DNA from: Marinilabiliales bacterium
GTDB taxonomy: Bacteria > Bacteroidota > Bacteroidia > Bacteroidales > DTU049
DNA: 55,201 nucleotides
Assembly (NCBI GenBank): GCA_002869435.1
Contig: PKSX01000200.1
Coordinates: forward strand, 1 to 55,201
Direction of reading: 5' to 3'
The notes beneath the pieces were generated by a model that was not told where the DNA came from, made no database searches, and worked only from the letters and a program-made list of their open reading frames with translations. This document shows positions 20,101 to 28,938 of the stretch, piece by piece; position 1 is the stretch's first letter, and every line of letters begins with the position of its first letter. The position numbers and the translations under genes were made by a program.

Positions 20101-20464
20101 ATATAAGTTTCTGATCTTCATTTAATTCAAGAGTGTTTAGAATTTTATCGTCAATATCAGAGAAGTGCTTCCCTACAATAAGAGCAAAATCCCGATCATT
20201 AAGTGATTTTCGAAAACCCGTAAATTCAATTAGAGGCCCGCTAAGGAATCTTATAAAAAAGGCAGCAATAAGCCCCACCCCAACAAAAAAAACTGCCCTG
20301 CGGCCACCGCTGTCCATCCAGAAAGCATATTCAACATAGGAGGCAATGATAGTTAAAGCAAAAGCAAAAAGAACAAAAATGGCTAATCTTTGCAAGAAGA
20401 TGTTTAAATAATACTTCCTTGCAAATCTTTTTAATTCATTCTCCAGCCATTTTATCTCACTCAT
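17141..20464 (-). CDS. 1107-aa membrane-anchored protein with a long acidic/Gln-rich coiled-coil region (DUF4175-like, tentative)
   Basis: N-terminal hydrophobic helices (LAIFVLFAFALTIIASYV, AVFFVGVGLIAAFFI). A beta-rich middle region is followed by about 500 aa of E/K/Q/D/L-rich heptad-like sequence (ELMEDIMTDEMRELLEQLEELMKLNDQELKNNLQEMQQDNEDLLQ...). Confidence 0.6.
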   Translation of the reverse strand: MSEIKWLENELKRFARKYYLNIFLQRLAIFVLFAFALTIIASYVEYAFWMDSGGRRAVFFVGVGLIAAFFIRFLSGPLIEFTGFRKSLNDRDFALIVGKHFSDIDDKILNTLELNEDQKLIYSRDLILASIQQKISQIRLKDFRFALDRKKTLRRMPYLFGPVILFLIMSFSVPDVLIDPLNRISHFTQEYTKPAPFEFEILNQNMSVPQNSDFELRVRMNGDEIPEDLFIEINSVQKRMSAIEKNVFVYRFANIKDDVSFKLMADGFYSDNYKIDVYKKPVIVQYNLKCDYPSYTGKQQEIFSNVSQLVVPRGTNITISVLTRDAEKLHVFSDSVQWPVTKSDRYWMIARGFLQTTSITMYTSNNRIAASDSLDFLIDVIPDEYPKIHVEENIDSLALMFRYFTGSISDDYGLSKLEFVYRLTRENFQRDSLISIAIDPMYNEQEFYNAFDFSVLGLKPGDRLEYYFRVYDNDAVSGAKSSKSRVFVFNMPDEDEIDSYLDEKSDYIENELSQLYNDAASVQEEMEKLLNDLKYKNKLNWEEKERIQNVLDKEKDIEERLDQLNRENQSQMHLEKQLGNYNEEIYEKQQQINELMEDIMTDEMRELLEQLEELMKLNDQELKNNLQEMQQDNEDLLQNMDRTLELYKHIKVEKELNELVDDLNELGDKEIEESRSDDKENRADVQEELNKDFEKLKEAVDSITEMNDDLQDPFNLENLDERMDAIDSTLQKASEQLQKGKDKKGSQSQQSAGEQMKQLAEDLESMMDMMAQESLGEDIGSVREILENLIQTSFDQEALMKTLMKTRFSDPKYLELIRRQKQINNNFQVIRDSLIAIGKRQPMIKNVINEELNKIMYHGENVMESLGRRHTVKAASEQQYSLMSMNNLALLLAEALKQMQNAMNQQMNQKGDSQCKKAGNNPGPKSGEKPGEKPSAKTLRQLQEQLNQQMEALQKQMQEGKGNMPGMSEQLAKMAAQQEMIRKALQEYQQQLNSEEAGSGTPLNKAIDDMEKTEVDLVNKKLTQETLQRQREILTRLLESEKAEMERDLDQKRESNEANFINNGNPVQFFKYNSLKRRSGMELLKTVPPNLNPFYKQKVSEYLYKLK

Positions 20465-20468
20465 GATA

Positions 20469-21098
20469 TTAATTTACAGTTCTTTTACCTATTGGAATAC
20501 TATCAGCTCTGAAATATCCGTAAATAAAAAGCTGATCATCATCGAACATCGGATTTACAATATATGCAGAAGCTGTAGCTACACCCTTTATACTGATGCA
20601 AGAATCCTTCCGGTTACACATTACGCTGGCATAATAATCTGTTAATACCAGTTCATCCGTCATAACACTGGTGGGATTTAATTCAATTCTGGACTCCAGA
20701 CTAAGTGTAAAATTTGAATACACTTTTTCTGATAAAAAATAATTAGTAAACACCAGTGTATCACCTTCTTCGGGAAGTATTTTGGTGTCCCTGTTGTCAA
20801 TTTTTAAAATATAATCACATTCCTGCCCTACAAGAAAAACCTGAATTACAAAACCAGATGTTCCCCCTTTTATTTCTTCGTATCGAATTGAATCACTGAC
20901 TATTACACCAGGATAAAACAAACGCATAACTGAATCGGCATTTTGATATTCTATTTCAAAACGAGCAAACATATTACCTTTTGAATCAACCTCACGTTCT
21001 CCACCCCGCAAATTGGCTACTATAAAAATGATAACCAATACTGCAAGTATGCCTAATAAGACAAAATGTTGCCAGGGTTTTAATCCGATTTTGCTCAT
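20469..21098 (-). CDS. Hypothetical single-pass membrane protein
   Basis: N-terminal TM helix HFVLLGILAVLVIIFIVANL. No motif recognised. It lies 4 nt upstream of the 1107-aa gene. Confidence 0.6.
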   Translation of the reverse strand: MSKIGLKPWQHFVLLGILAVLVIIFIVANLRGGEREVDSKGNMFARFEIEYQNADSVMRLFYPGVIVSDSIRYEEIKGGTSGFVIQVFLVGQECDYILKIDNRDTKILPEEGDTLVFTNYFLSEKVYSNFTLSLESRIELNPTSVMTDELVLTDYYASVMCNRKDSCISIKGVATASAYIVNPMFDDDQLFIYGYFRADSIPIGKRTVN

Positions 21099-21101
21099 GT
21101 A

Positions 21102-22307
21102 TTACAAACTTTTTATTACTTCACTCAGTCTTTTTACACCCTCAATATTCTCCTCTATACTTGAGAACGAGAAATTAATTCTCATAGTATTTTTTCCGGC
21201 ATTATTGCAATAAAAAACATTGCCAATAACAAAAGCGACATTCTTTTCCAGTGCTTTATGGAATAATTCTTCGCTATTCATATGCTCAGGCAATATTAAA
21301 AACAGAAACAAACCACCTTCAGGATGTGTCCAGGTAACTCCCTCAGGCATATACTTCTCGAGAGCACCAAGCATGGCATCTCGCTTCTCTCTATATGAGT
21401 TGATAATTAATTTAATATTATTATCGTAGTATCCCTGACGAAAATATTCAGCAGCAATCATTTGAACAAACGATGATGTACAAAGATCTGCTACCTGCTT
21501 AACTGTAACTATTTTATCAAGGAAAACCGGATCACCCATTGCCCAGCCAATTCTAAACCCGGGGGCAAGAACCTTGGATAAAGAACCCAGTGTTATAACA
21601 AAACCCTTGTTATCCAACGATTGAAACATTTCCTGAGGTTCACCGTCAAATCGAACTTCTCTGTACGGACTATCTTCAATAATTGGAAGATTATACTTAT
21701 ATGCAACATCAAGTATATCAAGCCTGCGCTGTTTACTCATTGTTATTCCGGCAGGGTTCTGAAAATCAGGAACAATATAAATAAATTTTGGGGTTTTTCC
21801 TTCTTCCTTCACTTTTGCTATTTCAGCATCTAAAGCTTTAGCAGACATTCCTTCATCATCAAGATCAACTCCAATAATTTCGGCACCATAGCTTGCAAAT
21901 GCATTAATGCCGCCAAGATATGAAGGTAATGCACACATAACAACATCTCCTTTATCGAGAAATACACGTCCTATCAGGTCAAGACCTTGTTGCGAAGCAG
22001 TTGTAATAACAATATTATTTTCATCTACATTCAAACCTTCCATTCTGTTATAACGGTCTGCAAGTTGCTTTCTAAGGCCTATGTCTCCTTCAGTTAATCC
22101 ATATTGAAGAGCTGTTGAACCGTGTGTTTTTAGGACTGTTTCCGTACATTTTAGTAAATCCTCAGATGGAAATAAATTAGGGTCAGGTAAACCACCAGCA
22201 AAGGAAATGATTCCTTCGCGCTGTGTAAGTTTCAGTAATTCACGAATAAGTGATTTCTGCATCGAATTCACTTTCTCAGACCAAAGTTTGTCAACATTAT
22301 CTATCAT
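21102..22307 (-). CDS. PLP-dependent aminotransferase, class I/II fold
   Basis: Fold-type I pattern with a PLP-lysine context LGSLSKVLAPGFRIGW. Also contains IYIVPDFQNPAG. Confidence 0.8.
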   Translation of the reverse strand: MIDNVDKLWSEKVNSMQKSLIRELLKLTQREGIISFAGGLPDPNLFPSEDLLKCTETVLKTHGSTALQYGLTEGDIGLRKQLADRYNRMEGLNVDENNIVITTASQQGLDLIGRVFLDKGDVVMCALPSYLGGINAFASYGAEIIGVDLDDEGMSAKALDAEIAKVKEEGKTPKFIYIVPDFQNPAGITMSKQRRLDILDVAYKYNLPIIEDSPYREVRFDGEPQEMFQSLDNKGFVITLGSLSKVLAPGFRIGWAMGDPVFLDKIVTVKQVADLCTSSFVQMIAAEYFRQGYYDNNIKLIINSYREKRDAMLGALEKYMPEGVTWTHPEGGLFLFLILPEHMNSEELFHKALEKNVAFVIGNVFYCNNAGKNTMRINFSFSSIEENIEGVKRLSEVIKSL

Positions 22308-22317
22308 ATTTGTGCTT

Positions 22318-23223
22318 TTATAATCTGTGCAAGAGATTTATTTCTTCATCGGTTAATAAACGCCATTTTCCACGCGGTAGATTCTTTTTTGTAAAAGGAC
22401 CATAACGCAAGCGATCCAGACGATTGACCTTATAATTGAAACTGCTGAAAATGCGCTTTACTACATGGTACTGGCCACTGTGTATATGTACTTCAACTTC
22501 ATTTTTCTTTCCGCTTTCTGCATAGCCAATGGCATCAACTACAATCCTTTCTTCATCAATAACAGGGCCGGCTGCTATCTCAAGCATATCGTTACGATCA
22601 AGATTTTTATCAAGTGTAGCAAGATATACTTTCTTTATTTTATGCATAGGGTGCATGAGCTTCTTCGCCAAATCACCGTTATTAGTAAAGAGTAATAAAC
22701 CAGTAGTGTTTCTGTCCAGCCTACCTACGGGAAAAACCCTCTCTTTACAAGCACCTTTAATAAGCTCCATAACTGTTTTTCGGTTTTGTGGATCTTTTGT
22801 AGTAGTGATATAATCCTTTGGTTTATTCAGCAATAAGTATTGAGGCTTTTCGGGCTTTATTGACTTTCCCTGTACATTCACTTTATCACCGGGTTTTATT
22901 TTATAACCCATCTCAATTACCAGTTCACCATTAACCTTTACTACGCCGTTTTTTATGAGCATATCTGCCTCTCTGCGCGAACAAATACCACTATTTGCAA
23001 TATACTTATTCAAACGAATCTCACTAGACTCTTCACGGCGTTCTTTTCGCTCTACCCTACCCTTACCATAGGACTTCCCATATTGCTTTCCTGTAGGTTT
23101 TCTCTCTGTATGATCTTTTGATTTATTAAAGGGCTTATTTTCGCGCTTTTCAATGCCTCTTTTAGTATCATTTTTCTTTGAAAATGATCTTTTTTTATCA
23201 TTATTTGGCTTTCGTCTTTCCAT
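22318..23223 (-). CDS. rluB: Pseudouridine synthase, RsuA/RluB family, with a Lys/Arg-rich N-terminal extension
   Basis: S4 domain RLNKYIANSGICSRREADMLIKNGVVKVNG and catalytic motif GRLDRNTTGLLLFTNNGDL. A basic extension of about 65 aa precedes them. Confidence 0.75.
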   Translation of the reverse strand: MERRKPNNDKKRSFSKKNDTKRGIEKRENKPFNKSKDHTERKPTGKQYGKSYGKGRVERKERREESSEIRLNKYIANSGICSRREADMLIKNGVVKVNGELVIEMGYKIKPGDKVNVQGKSIKPEKPQYLLLNKPKDYITTTKDPQNRKTVMELIKGACKERVFPVGRLDRNTTGLLLFTNNGDLAKKLMHPMHKIKKVYLATLDKNLDRNDMLEIAAGPVIDEERIVVDAIGYAESGKKNEVEVHIHSGQYHVVKRIFSSFNYKVNRLDRLRYGPFTKKNLPRGKWRLLTDEEINLLHRL

Positions 23224-23275
23224 AGTAATATTACCCGAACAGGGAATTTATTCGTAAAAATACCATTTTTCCAAT

Positions 23276-23298
23276 AAAAAAACCCCTTTCGGGGTTTT
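23276..23298 (-). terminator. Rho-independent terminator after the PAS kinase/LytTR regulator pair
   Basis: Stem aacccc, loop tttc, stem ggggtt, flanked by an A-run and a T-run, so the hairpin looks bidirectional. It lies 3 nt past the regulator stop. Confidence 0.65.
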
Positions 23299-23300
23299 CT

Positions 23301-24053
23301 TTAAATAAGATTTAGTCTGGAGAAGAGCTCTTTTCTATACAATCCCCCGATAGGAATTACTTTCATCTTCCCTTCAATAACCAGATCAGGATACTTGATT
23401 GAGAAAATTTTGTCGAGTCGTACAATATATGAACGATGCACACGAACAAAATCCTTTTCAGGAAGAATTCGCATCATTTCTTTCATTGTAGTATGTGTAG
23501 TGTAAATATTATCGCTGGTATTTATTACTACATAGTCTTTAAGCGCTTCTACAAAGAAAATATCTGCAAAATTGACTTTGTTTAATCTGTAATCTGCTCG
23601 TACAAATATACTATCCTTCTCATCCTTGTTTACTACAATAGAATGTAATAAGTCTCGCTCTTTTTTAAGCTCCATGTCGTTCATGTGCTTATTAATGGCC
23701 ATTTCGATAGTAGTTTCAAGTTCCTTTTCTTTAAAAGGCTTTATAATATATCCATAAGGAATAGCCGATTTGGCTTTTTCAATAGTATTTTCATCTGCAT
23801 AAGCAGTTAAAAACACAACAGGAATATCATAACGTTCGCGAATTATTTCCGCCGACTGAATTCCATTCATATCACCTTTTAGCATAATGTCCATAAGCAC
23901 GAGGTTAGGCATATGCTTTTCTACCTCGCTTAATGCTTTTTCGCCTGAAGATACGATTGATACAACACTGTAACCTAGAGTGTTAAGAATATTCTGAATG
24001 TCTTTTGCAACAATGCTTTCATCTTCAACGATCAAAACTTTGATTTTACTCAT
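23301..24053 (-). CDS. LytTR-family response regulator
   Basis: Receiver domain (KVLIVEDE, LVLMDIMLKGDMNG, the K of IIKPF) plus a C-terminal LytTR-type domain (FVRVHRSYIVRLDKI). Confidence 0.85.
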   Translation of the reverse strand: MSKIKVLIVEDESIVAKDIQNILNTLGYSVVSIVSSGEKALSEVEKHMPNLVLMDIMLKGDMNGIQSAEIIRERYDIPVVFLTAYADENTIEKAKSAIPYGYIIKPFKEKELETTIEMAINKHMNDMELKKERDLLHSIVVNKDEKDSIFVRADYRLNKVNFADIFFVEALKDYVVINTSDNIYTTHTTMKEMMRILPEKDFVRVHRSYIVRLDKIFSIKYPDLVIEGKMKVIPIGGLYRKELFSRLNLI

Positions 24054-24055
24054 AA

Positions 24056-26239
24056 CTATAGTTTTTTTGTTAATTCAAGCTTTAAACGTAATTCGCAAGT
24101 TAAATCATTCTTCACAATTTCGCCATTCATTTGATTAATAAGAACTTCAAGAAGACTCAAATCCGATTCGTTTATTAAATTTTCATTTTTTGTCTTCTTT
24201 TCATTGTTTGAAGCCAAACAAAGTTCTAGTTTTTGCGAATTAATTCGTTTTAGTTCGACAAAATTACAATATTTATTTGTAAAATTATCATGTAAATATT
24301 TGCATATGACCAATAATTCACTGAATATCAGGCCAATAGTTATCGCATCATCAACACCAATACAGATTTCAGTCATGTCTGATTGAAACTTAACCGCCTC
24401 TTTCTCTCCATTCATGCCGTTTTCACGCAAATAATCACGATGAATTTTGTGTAAATACTCACCTATTAACACAGAGGAGAAATCTTCACTTTTATAAAAG
24501 AAATCATGCACTATGGCCATAGATTTGATACGGGAATTAATATCAGCAAAGCTTTGATTCAGCAAGGGATCTGAGAAATTCTTAGAAGTAAAATTTATCA
24601 GTGAAGAAATGACCTGAAAGTTGTTTTTAATACGGTGATGAATTTCCTTTAATAAAATTGTGTTTTGATCGAGCGAATTGCGTAATTCATCCTCAATAAT
24701 CAATCTATTATCTATTTCAGCCCGTAAATTTCTGTTTGTTTCTACCATCAACTGTTTTTCAAAACGCTCCTGTTGCAGTTTTTTCTGCAATGAAACATCT
24801 CTGAAAACAATTTGAAAGGCAGGTTTTCCTTTATATTGAATATATACAGGTTTAGTTTCAATAATTACATCCTTTCGATCAGGATGAATCATTTTAAATT
24901 CTTTATAGGAAACATCTATACCATTTTTTACTGCTGAAAGCCTACCCCTGAAGGTCATAAGATCATTTACAGAAAAATATTTTGAGAAATCCAATTCATT
25001 ATGATTTTTTACATTAAAAATATCCAGAGCCATTCTATTGGCATAGTAAATATTATCAAAATCACGTATTATAATACCGCTGGGTGATGTTTCAACAAGA
25101 GTTTCATAGTTATTTTTACTTTCCTGCAAAGCCCTTTTATTAATTTCATTTTCACTAACATCATTTAATAAAATTATATATGACTTAATATCCTTTCTGT
25201 TTTTACTTTCTGATATGTGGAACTCTATAAAGTATTTTCCAAAGGGAAAAATACAAGGCGCTGAAACCTTATTGGAATAATTATACAATAATAACTCAAA
25301 CACTTCTTCGCCGAGAATATCTTTGAAATTGTTTCTATTACTAACACCAGCCCTAAATAAAAAGTCAATATACCGTTGATTTTTATACAAAATCTCACCT
25401 TTATAGTTAACTTCTAAAACAGCCTGTGGAATATCTTCTAAAAGATTTTTATATTTCTTTTCTTTTTCTTTTATCTCTTTTTCTCTTGTTTTATTCTCAG
25501 TAATATCTCTTATAATGGCAATAACCTGATCGTCCCCCGGCACCATTCTGCATTCAAAAAAGTGTTCATCATCTGTTTCACCCAATGAATATTCATATTC
25601 AATTGGTTTACCTGTATTAAATACCTGATCAAGGTACATTTTTGTTCTCACAATAAGGCTGTCATCCAGCGGGAGCTCATCAATACTGCTGTTTAATAAC
25701 TCTTCTCTTGGCTTCAGTAAATAAGAACCTTCTTTGTAATTGATCTCCTTAACAATATAGTTCTTATTAAAAATGAAAATAATATCAGGTATACTATGAA
25801 ATGCCTGGTGAATATGTGTATTTTGCTTAAAAAGTTCCTGTAAATATTCTAATTTCTCAGAATGATCTAAAAGAAATGTCAATACAGATTTATCCGGTAA
25901 ATTATTAGATAACAAAATAAAATTCTTAATTTTTGCAAGACGTGTTGTTTTTAACGTTGCAAAAAAATTCAAATTATGATCGTTTTTATTACTATGGCTG
26001 TTTTCAAAATATGAATAATCATAATATTTCAAAACAAAAAATCCGAATTTAAGCTTATTGATGATTTCTTTTGAAGAGTATTCAAATAATTTTTCAAAAG
26101 CAGGATTACAGTACTTTATAGTATCATTTTTATCTCTTACAATAACCGGATGATTAATCAGATCAAAAAGAAATGTATTTTTCTTGTCAAATACAATTTC
26201 ATCATCTGATTGTAAAGGAAAAAATTTCTTATCCGGCAT
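24056..26239 (-). CDS. Cytoplasmic multi-PAS sensor histidine kinase, HisKA_2-type H-box, apparently degenerate ATP-binding domain
   Basis: No TM segment and about four PAS-like modules. The H-box is EIHHRIKNNFQVISSLI. The C-terminal region lacks clear N, G1 and G2 boxes (see findings). Confidence 0.75.
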   Translation of the reverse strand: MPDKKFFPLQSDDEIVFDKKNTFLFDLINHPVIVRDKNDTIKYCNPAFEKLFEYSSKEIINKLKFGFFVLKYYDYSYFENSHSNKNDHNLNFFATLKTTRLAKIKNFILLSNNLPDKSVLTFLLDHSEKLEYLQELFKQNTHIHQAFHSIPDIIFIFNKNYIVKEINYKEGSYLLKPREELLNSSIDELPLDDSLIVRTKMYLDQVFNTGKPIEYEYSLGETDDEHFFECRMVPGDDQVIAIIRDITENKTREKEIKEKEKKYKNLLEDIPQAVLEVNYKGEILYKNQRYIDFLFRAGVSNRNNFKDILGEEVFELLLYNYSNKVSAPCIFPFGKYFIEFHISESKNRKDIKSYIILLNDVSENEINKRALQESKNNYETLVETSPSGIIIRDFDNIYYANRMALDIFNVKNHNELDFSKYFSVNDLMTFRGRLSAVKNGIDVSYKEFKMIHPDRKDVIIETKPVYIQYKGKPAFQIVFRDVSLQKKLQQERFEKQLMVETNRNLRAEIDNRLIIEDELRNSLDQNTILLKEIHHRIKNNFQVISSLINFTSKNFSDPLLNQSFADINSRIKSMAIVHDFFYKSEDFSSVLIGEYLHKIHRDYLRENGMNGEKEAVKFQSDMTEICIGVDDAITIGLIFSELLVICKYLHDNFTNKYCNFVELKRINSQKLELCLASNNEKKTKNENLINESDLSLLEVLINQMNGEIVKNDLTCELRLKLELTKKL

Positions 26240-26310
26240 AAATAAACTCTATTGATGATCCTAAGCGAATTCAATATACAAAATAGACAGATATGTAGTC
26301 AAATGAAAAA

Positions 26311-27834
26311 TTAGTCGTTAATAGGATCAACTTCCGGTTTAATCAACATATTATTATATTTAATCTCAATTCCTTGCCTGTACGTAATAATTACCAATAA
26401 AGTTCCTGTATCATCATAGTATTTCCAGTCACCTGAACGCAAACCGTAGTTATAATTTCCTTCAATACGTTTTCTTCCATTTGCATGAAACCAGGTATGC
26501 TTACCATTGGGCTGGCCATCTAAGTATTTTCCTTTGTATAATATTATACCTTCCGGAACAGAAGTATAAACCCACCAATCTGTTTCAGCACCATCCAAAT
26601 ATGTTCCTTTCTGAATTACATCACCAATATAATACTCCCATGGTCCTGTTTCCAAACCTTCGAAATATTCGCCTCTCACAATAACTTTACCTGTATCATT
26701 ATACTCTAAATATTCACCATCAAGCTCTCCGTCCAAATAGTTTTCAACCCTGTATAATTCTCCATTTTCATGATAATATAGCCATTCACCTGTTGGAATT
26801 TGGCTTGCAGTATATTTTCCCTCCTGTTCCAAATTACCATTCTCATGATAAAACCTCCATTCCCCTACTCTATTTGAGTTTTTATATTTTCCTTCTGCCA
26901 TCAGCTTACCTGAAGGATAATACTCTTTCCAGGGTCCTTGCCTTTTCCCATTTTCATCAATTATACCTTCAGCAGATAATACTCCTTCAAAAAACACATA
27001 ACCTTTAAGAATATTCCCATCTTCATCATATTCGCGTCTTATGCCATCAGGTTTATCATTAAAATAACTCCCTTCAATTTTTACCTGACCATTTGCATAA
27101 TAATCTCTGCGAATTTCGTATTCTTTAAGTTCCGGAGCATCTTCCTGTAATACATCATTTATATATTTTTCTATGCTTGTAAGTACGCCATTTTCATCAT
27201 ATCTTTTTAAGAATCCATTTTTCTTGTCATTTAGATATGTTACTTCTTCCATCAGTGTTCCATCAGTATAGAAATACTTCCACAAACCTTGTTTCAAACC
27301 ATTACGATCTGTTCTATTTATTACTTCCCTGCTGATAAGAAAACCTTTTCTGTATTCTTCAATAAGAATAATTATACTGTCTTTATTATATGTAAGAGCC
27401 AAGCCATTTTCCAAACCCTCTTCAAATGGAGTGATTTTTTTCAATGATCCATCATTAAAAAAAACTTTTGTAAATCTTTCTTTAATGTCATTATTAAAAT
27501 ACTCTTCTATATATTCATTCTCTAAATATGTATATCTGTAGCCATTTTTACGACCATTCTTATAGTTTATTACAGACCTTTTTTTTCCTTCAACACTATA
27601 AAAAACCCATGTACTGTCAAGTTGATAATTTTCTCTGTTTCCTTCTGATTTGATTTGCCCATTTTCATAATAAGCTTTCCAATAACCGTCAGGTTTGCCA
27701 TTTCGCAAATACCCTTCGGAAGATACTACACCATTTGGATATGTAAATTTCACATATTTATATGACGTATCCATCTGTGCATATGAAATCACAGATATCA
27801 AATTTATAATCAGTATTAATATAGTTTTCTTCAT
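26311..27834 (-). CDS. Secreted MORN-variant (YwqK-like) repeat protein
   Basis: Signal peptide MKKTILILIINLISVISYAQ. About 20 repeats follow, of the type G.W..YYENGQ....G.Y.NG...G.W..Y. Confidence 0.8.
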   Translation of the reverse strand: MKKTILILIINLISVISYAQMDTSYKYVKFTYPNGVVSSEGYLRNGKPDGYWKAYYENGQIKSEGNRENYQLDSTWVFYSVEGKKRSVINYKNGRKNGYRYTYLENEYIEEYFNNDIKERFTKVFFNDGSLKKITPFEEGLENGLALTYNKDSIIILIEEYRKGFLISREVINRTDRNGLKQGLWKYFYTDGTLMEEVTYLNDKKNGFLKRYDENGVLTSIEKYINDVLQEDAPELKEYEIRRDYYANGQVKIEGSYFNDKPDGIRREYDEDGNILKGYVFFEGVLSAEGIIDENGKRQGPWKEYYPSGKLMAEGKYKNSNRVGEWRFYHENGNLEQEGKYTASQIPTGEWLYYHENGELYRVENYLDGELDGEYLEYNDTGKVIVRGEYFEGLETGPWEYYIGDVIQKGTYLDGAETDWWVYTSVPEGIILYKGKYLDGQPNGKHTWFHANGRKRIEGNYNYGLRSGDWKYYDDTGTLLVIITYRQGIEIKYNNMLIKPEVDPIND

Positions 27835-27835
27835 T

Positions 27836-28756
27836 TTAACTCATTTCAAGCATACGCTTCAATGGTTTATATGCTTTAGTAATCAGTTCTTCATGTAACG
27901 TAACTTCGTTGATTTCATTTTGTAAAACATGTAAAATCTTATCTAAAGTATTCATTTTCATGTATTCACAATCATTACAATTACACAATTCATCTGATGG
28001 AACAATAATAAACTCTTTATTTGGTGAATGTTTTTTCATTTGATGTAATATACCTCCTTCTGTTGCTACAATATATTTATTTTCTGAATCATTTCTTGTA
28101 TAATTAAGCAATGCATTGGTAGATCCTACAAATTCAGCTATTTCCAGTATAGGAGCCTGGCACTCTGGATGTGCTATAAGGGGAATATTCGGATTATCTA
28201 TTTTAAGTTTTAAAATATGATCAAGTTCTAACTGATTATGCACATGACAACTTCCATCCCATAAAACCATATTTCTGCCTGAAATATTATTTATATATGT
28301 ACCCAGATTTTTATCAGGCGCAAATACAATCTTTTGATCTAAAGGTAGTTGTTCTACAATTCTTTTTGCATTTGATGAAGTAACAATAATATCTGATAAA
28401 GCTTTTATTTCAGCTGTAGCATTTACATATGTTATAACCATATGATCCGGATACTGCTTTATAAACTCTTCAAATTCCTTTGGTGGACATGAATCAGCCA
28501 ATGAACATCCTGCTTGTGTATCCGGAATAAGAACTTTCTTATCGGGATTAAGTATTTTTGCAGTTTCTGCCATAAAATGAACACCTGCAAATACAATTAT
28601 ATCCGCATCAGTTTTTTCAGCTTCTCTGGCTAAACCTAAACTATCTCCAACATAATCAGCAATATCCTGAATTTCCGGAATCTGATAATAATGTGCAAGA
28701 ATTATTGCATTTTTATTTTTCCGTAATTCATTAATATGATTAATACTGTTTTTCAT
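27836..28756 (-). CDS. nadA: Quinolinate synthase NadA
   Basis: ILAHYYQ.PEIQD.AD..GDSL, VHFMAETAKILNP and Cys ligand contexts, in a 306-aa protein. Confidence 0.9.
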   Translation of the reverse strand: MKNSINHINELRKNKNAIILAHYYQIPEIQDIADYVGDSLGLAREAEKTDADIIVFAGVHFMAETAKILNPDKKVLIPDTQAGCSLADSCPPKEFEEFIKQYPDHMVITYVNATAEIKALSDIIVTSSNAKRIVEQLPLDQKIVFAPDKNLGTYINNISGRNMVLWDGSCHVHNQLELDHILKLKIDNPNIPLIAHPECQAPILEIAEFVGSTNALLNYTRNDSENKYIVATEGGILHQMKKHSPNKEFIIVPSDELCNCNDCEYMKMNTLDKILHVLQNEINEVTLHEELITKAYKPLKRMLEMS

Positions 28757-28783
28757 TTTAAAAAATTAAAGAATTCAAAGTAA

Positions 28784-28938
28784 TAATAAAGTCTGTGAAT
28801 TGGTTAATATTTTTGTCTTTCAAAATTTGATATTTTGAGTTATTAGACTTTATTAACCAATAATAAAGCTTTATTAAAAACAAAAATACTTGTTTTATTG
28901 ATATATATTGTAATTTTCAACAGTCTTTTAATAAAGTC
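28784..28938. promoter_or_regulatory. Cluster of five TAATAAAG/CTTTATTA half-sites including a perfect 16-nt palindrome (candidate operator array upstream of nadA)
   Basis: TAATAAAG at 28784-28791, 28861-28868 and 28929-28936. CTTTATTA at 28848-28855 and 28869-28876. TAATAAAGCTTTATTA at 28861-28876 is its own reverse complement. Confidence 0.3.
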
